Shown here in pieces: positions 27,250-30,612 of a stretch of DNA of 30,612 bases (the first letter of the stretch is position 1; each line of letters opens with the position of its first letter). The notes beneath the pieces were generated by a model. That model did not search any database, was not told where the DNA came from, and was given only the letters and a program-made list of their open reading frames with translations. Source of the stretch: a virus (lineage: Duplodnaviria; Caudoviricetes). The position numbers were made by a program, and so were the translations under genes. Location: the IMG/VR virus record IMGVR_UViG_3300014720_000115, positions 1 to 30,612 of that record; one strand, written 5' to 3'.

Positions 27250-28805
27250 AAATAATTGATTTAGGTGTTTGTATCGACAATAAAGACCCATTGGGTATAG
27301 GAAGAATTCGCCTTGTTGACTACGATGACTACGTGGCCGGTAAGGAAAACTATAAAAAATATAAACCATGGGGTGAAGACGATTTATTTATTGCTTTACC
27401 ATTCTTACCTAACAATATTAATTTTATTCCTGAGGTAAATCAAACAGTAAAAGTTATACGATATAACACAGATAAAACAACTGTTAACCAAGAATATATA
27501 AGTGGTCCTTTCACAACAAGATACGATTTTAACTCTCAAATATTCTCACAACAAATTGCTCCTACAACATTCGGTTCAGGAATTAAAGATAAACCTGAAA
27601 TATTTTCCAACGGAAATCTACCACCCGATTGCGAAGGAACCATTTCAAAAAATACCGATTATGCCGTTTCAGGTAAATTTGGTTCAGATGCTCTTTTTAC
27701 TGAAAATGGTCTTGTCCTAAGAGGAGGTAAATTATTGTCAAAACAGGCATCAACTGTTGAGGAAAGAAAACGATTATCCAATTACCCAATCGCCGCTAAG
27801 AAAGTAGCTAAATTACATCTAAAGAAATTCTCTGAAAAAAGAGAATTAAAAATTGACGTTGTTGAAAAGACAATATATGAAAATGCAAATTTATTATATG
27901 TAATTGAATATTCAATAGATAGTATATCTACCCCCACAACAATAAACTTTTTTGTTTACAAAATTAACACAGGGGTTTACGGGGATATTTTTAAATCAAA
28001 TACTTTCACAGAATTTACCGAAATACCGACGACATTATGTGTTTTGTTAAACGATGATGGGACCACAACAACCCCAACATTTAGCGTAAACATGACCACA
28101 AAAACAGATTACACAACTTATACAATAAATGAAAAAATAAGTACTATTTGTTCAGAAATAAGATTAACCCTTCTCAAAATAAAAGAAGATGGATTTGATG
28201 GATTATTTAGTTCCACTATCAATGCGAAATTTGATTCACAGGAAGATTTAAAACTAATTTATCCATTCTTTTTTAGACCAACACAATCACTTAGAACTTT
28301 ATCAACATCAAACACCACAGAGTTAGAAAGAAAAAATACTTTATTAAGTGGGGTTAAATTATCTAAAGGAGTTCAACAGAGCGGACTTGTGTGGTCAACA
28401 TCGAGATTTAGTGCCCCATCATCTGTAAAACCAGAAGAATCTGAAAAATTAGTAAAAAACAATACCTCAAGGGAACAAACATTTTCAAGTTTAACCTCTG
28501 ATAAAATATACCTTTTGTCGACTGATACAAACTTTACAGACAAATATGTGGAATTCGAGAAATTAAACAACTATGAATATACCCAAGAGGACTACTTAGG
28601 TGAAATTGACCCAAACACATATGCAATTGTTAGAGGGGAGGTTCTTTTGGAATTTTTAAGGGCGATGTATAATGTCCTATTAACTCACACCCATAACATC
28701 AACAAACCATACGCAAGGACAACATATGACTCACATGACACCTTAGTGGAACTCTTTAACAAACTTGAATCAGAACTTCTGAACAAGTCGGTGAGAACCA
28801 ACTAA
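27246..28805 (+). CDS. Baseplate central spike/hub protein (gp5/gpV-like)
   Basis: N-terminal OB-fold signature G.CIDN.DPLG.GRIR...A.P.LP....IP.V...V; C-terminal VRGE.L...L......HTH metal-tip motif. Confidence 0.75.
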   Translation: MKIIDLGVCIDNKDPLGIGRIRLVDYDDYVAGKENYKKYKPWGEDDLFIALPFLPNNINFIPEVNQTVKVIRYNTDKTTVNQEYISGPFTTRYDFNSQIFSQQIAPTTFGSGIKDKPEIFSNGNLPPDCEGTISKNTDYAVSGKFGSDALFTENGLVLRGGKLLSKQASTVEERKRLSNYPIAAKKVAKLHLKKFSEKRELKIDVVEKTIYENANLLYVIEYSIDSISTPTTINFFVYKINTGVYGDIFKSNTFTEFTEIPTTLCVLLNDDGTTTTPTFSVNMTTKTDYTTYTINEKISTICSEIRLTLLKIKEDGFDGLFSSTINAKFDSQEDLKLIYPFFFRPTQSLRTLSTSNTTELERKNTLLSGVKLSKGVQQSGLVWSTSRFSAPSSVKPEESEKLVKNNTSREQTFSSLTSDKIYLLSTDTNFTDKYVEFEKLNNYEYTQEDYLGEIDPNTYAIVRGEVLLEFLRAMYNVLLTHTHNINKPYARTTYDSHDTLVELFNKLESELLNKSVRTN

Positions 28806-28828
28806 TTTGATATTTATTAAATAAAAAG

Positions 28829-30205
28829 ATGTCATATTTCCGTTCATATTTCGAGAAAAACAATACAATTATTAAAAATTCTCAGGTGAATACCGCAAAA
28901 AACCCCACCACGGAGATTTTTTACGGGTCTGGTTTTTCTAAATTTTTATTTAAAGTAGACTTTACGGATTTAATATCTAAAATCCAAAATGGTGATTTGG
29001 TTATTAATTCAAATACCAAACATTACTTAAAAATGACCAATACAGTGTCAGGAGATGCTCAATTGGTGGGCGAGAAAAGAAACACAGGAAGACAAAGAAC
29101 CACATCTTTTGATTTGATTCTTTTTCAAATACCTGAAAATTGGGATGAGGGTGTTGGTTTCGATTATGAAGATGGTGGATATGATTATACTGTTGGTAAC
29201 AATACATTTGATGAAAGACCTTGTAACTGGTATAATAGAACGACTTTAAATTCTTGGACGACACCGGGAATATATCAAAGTACTCCCACAATAGTTAGTA
29301 CAATACACTTTGATAATGGTGATGAAAATATAAATGTGGATATTACAAACTATGTTAATGGTATTGTACTATCAGGTAACACCAACCATGGGTTAGGTTT
29401 GGCTTTTGCCATATTATATGAAAATATTAATGATGAATATGACCAATCGGTCGCATTCTTTACCAAATACACACAGACATTCTATGAACCATTTGTTGAA
29501 ACACAATTTGCGGATAGAATTGAGGACCATAGACAAAACTTTATAGGTGAAAGACAGAATAATTTGTATCTGTATGTGACAAAAGGTACTAACTTCTACA
29601 ACTTAACAAATCTCCCAACAGTAGATATCCTGAATAGTTCGGGAGTGGCAATTACTGGATTAACAGGGTTAACCACAACAAGAATAAGAAAAGGAATATA
29701 CAAAGTAACCTTTGGTTTAACAGGTGAGTTATGTGATGGTAAGAGATTCTTCTATGATAAATGGAAAAATTTATCTATAGATGGGGTTTCAATTGCGGAT
29801 GTAACTCAAAAGTTTGTACCAAAACCATTTACCGATTACTACTCATTTGGTTCAAACCCAACTGAAGCTCAAAAATACATAATTCAGTTTTCCGGTATTA
29901 AACAAAATGAAAGAATTATAAGAGGTGAGTTGAAAAAAATAGTCCTATCATTTAAATCTATTGAAGTACCAAGGGCCCAACTATTTGAAGATGTTTACTA
30001 TCGTGTTTTTGTAAAAGAGGGTAAAACTAATGTCATTGTATATGATTGGACTAAAGTTGATATGACAACAACCGAAAATTCATTCTTTTTGGATACATCA
30101 TATATGATTCCAAGAGAATATTTTATGGAGTTCAAAGCCAAAACTCACACGGAAGAAATCTTCTATGATGATTATGTAAAATTTGAAATATTGTCAGAAA
30201 AGTAA
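28829..30205 (+). CDS. Virion structural protein with DNRLRE-like beta-sandwich
   Basis: W.EG.G, NW......W..PG, VDIT.YV......NHG..L, FF.K...P pattern; TATTTAT 11 nt upstream. Confidence 0.55.
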   Translation: MSYFRSYFEKNNTIIKNSQVNTAKNPTTEIFYGSGFSKFLFKVDFTDLISKIQNGDLVINSNTKHYLKMTNTVSGDAQLVGEKRNTGRQRTTSFDLILFQIPENWDEGVGFDYEDGGYDYTVGNNTFDERPCNWYNRTTLNSWTTPGIYQSTPTIVSTIHFDNGDENINVDITNYVNGIVLSGNTNHGLGLAFAILYENINDEYDQSVAFFTKYTQTFYEPFVETQFADRIEDHRQNFIGERQNNLYLYVTKGTNFYNLTNLPTVDILNSSGVAITGLTGLTTTRIRKGIYKVTFGLTGELCDGKRFFYDKWKNLSIDGVSIADVTQKFVPKPFTDYYSFGSNPTEAQKYIIQFSGIKQNERIIRGELKKIVLSFKSIEVPRAQLFEDVYYRVFVKEGKTNVIVYDWTKVDMTTTENSFFLDTSYMIPREYFMEFKAKTHTEEIFYDDYVKFEILSEK

Positions 30206-30219
30206 AATATTTATAGATT

Positions 30220-30612
30220 ATGAGTAAACTTGAAAACATTATCAAAAAACACCTTAAAACAATTAGTGAAGGTGGGATGCCAGAACAAGAGAACTATATG
30301 TTCTTCGGTAACATTGAACAAATGAAAAGACAATGTGAATTGTTGATGAATGAGGATAAAAACGAAATTGATTCCATTCTTAAACAACACGATTGGGCTC
30401 AAGACCATATATCTGAAGCCAAGAGTTTGTTAGACCAAGTTTTTGATTTTTTAAAGAACCAAATTGAACCTTCAAGTAAAGTAAGAGGGGACCTTAGTCA
30501 ATTTAGTATGAATGAAGAAACTTCTATTGATGAAGGAAAAAATAAACCAACCAATCCTAAGTTATGGGCCAGAGCAAAATCTATGGCCAAATCTAAATTT
30601 AAAGTATATCCT
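30220..30612 (+). CDS. Partial hypothetical protein, probable head-associated protein (runs off window end)
   Basis: Open for 131 codons: MSKLENIIKKHLKTISEG...DWAQDHISEAK...IDEGKNKPTNPKLWARAKSMAKSKFKVYP; TATTTAT 5 nt upstream. Confidence 0.8.
   Translation, partial: MSKLENIIKKHLKTISEGGMPEQENYMFFGNIEQMKRQCELLMNEDKNEIDSILKQHDWAQDHISEAKSLLDQVFDFLKNQIEPSSKVRGDLSQFSMNEETSIDEGKNKPTNPKLWARAKSMAKSKFKVYP

Noticed and set aside
228-30408. Other short ORFs nested in or antisense to long genes (e.g. 228-461, 1641-1940, 20457-20888, 25130-25618, 30211-30408)
   Set aside because: Overlap well-supported genes and have no recognisable motifs or promoter context
1-30612. Stop-codon reassignment as in some large phages
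   Set aside because: Genes are full length and densely packed under the standard bacterial code; TAA, TGA and one TAG all appear as stops
1-30612. tRNA, rRNA or long ncRNA genes
   Set aside because: No intergenic gap is long enough or shows cloverleaf or T-loop signatures

Overview
AT-rich, densely coding 30.6 kb segment of a large (probably jumbo) T4-like myovirus genome. Virion genes are interleaved with replication and metabolic genes. Virion genes: contractile tail sheath, gp15-like tail terminator, gp14- and gp13-like neck proteins, gp5-like baseplate spike, Thr/Pro-rich structural protein, and probable internal head proteins. Replication/metabolic genes: family B DNA polymerase, SNF2 helicase, PD-(D/E)XK-like nuclease, dUTPase, PhoH, a HAD-like protein, three glycosyltransferases, and a gp55-like sigma factor. 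Two promoter classes can be read from the intergenic DNA. Bacteroidota-type TTTG-N19/20-TAnnTTTG precedes replication/metabolic genes, which suggests a Bacteroidota host. TATTTAT, the reverse complement of the T4 late-promoter core, precedes 11 genes that are mostly structural. Main leads: (1) a (S/T)-G-x-T motif enriched in virion proteins, a mucin-like stalk and three glycosyltransferases, together a candidate virion glycosylation system; (2) a late operon pairing a six-repeat protein with a standalone WYL-like protein that may be packaged; (3) a parS-like palindrome; (4) an unannotated ribbon-helix-helix gene; (5) a hairpin in the DNA polymerase leader. All family calls come from motif recognition by eye; no database search was run.
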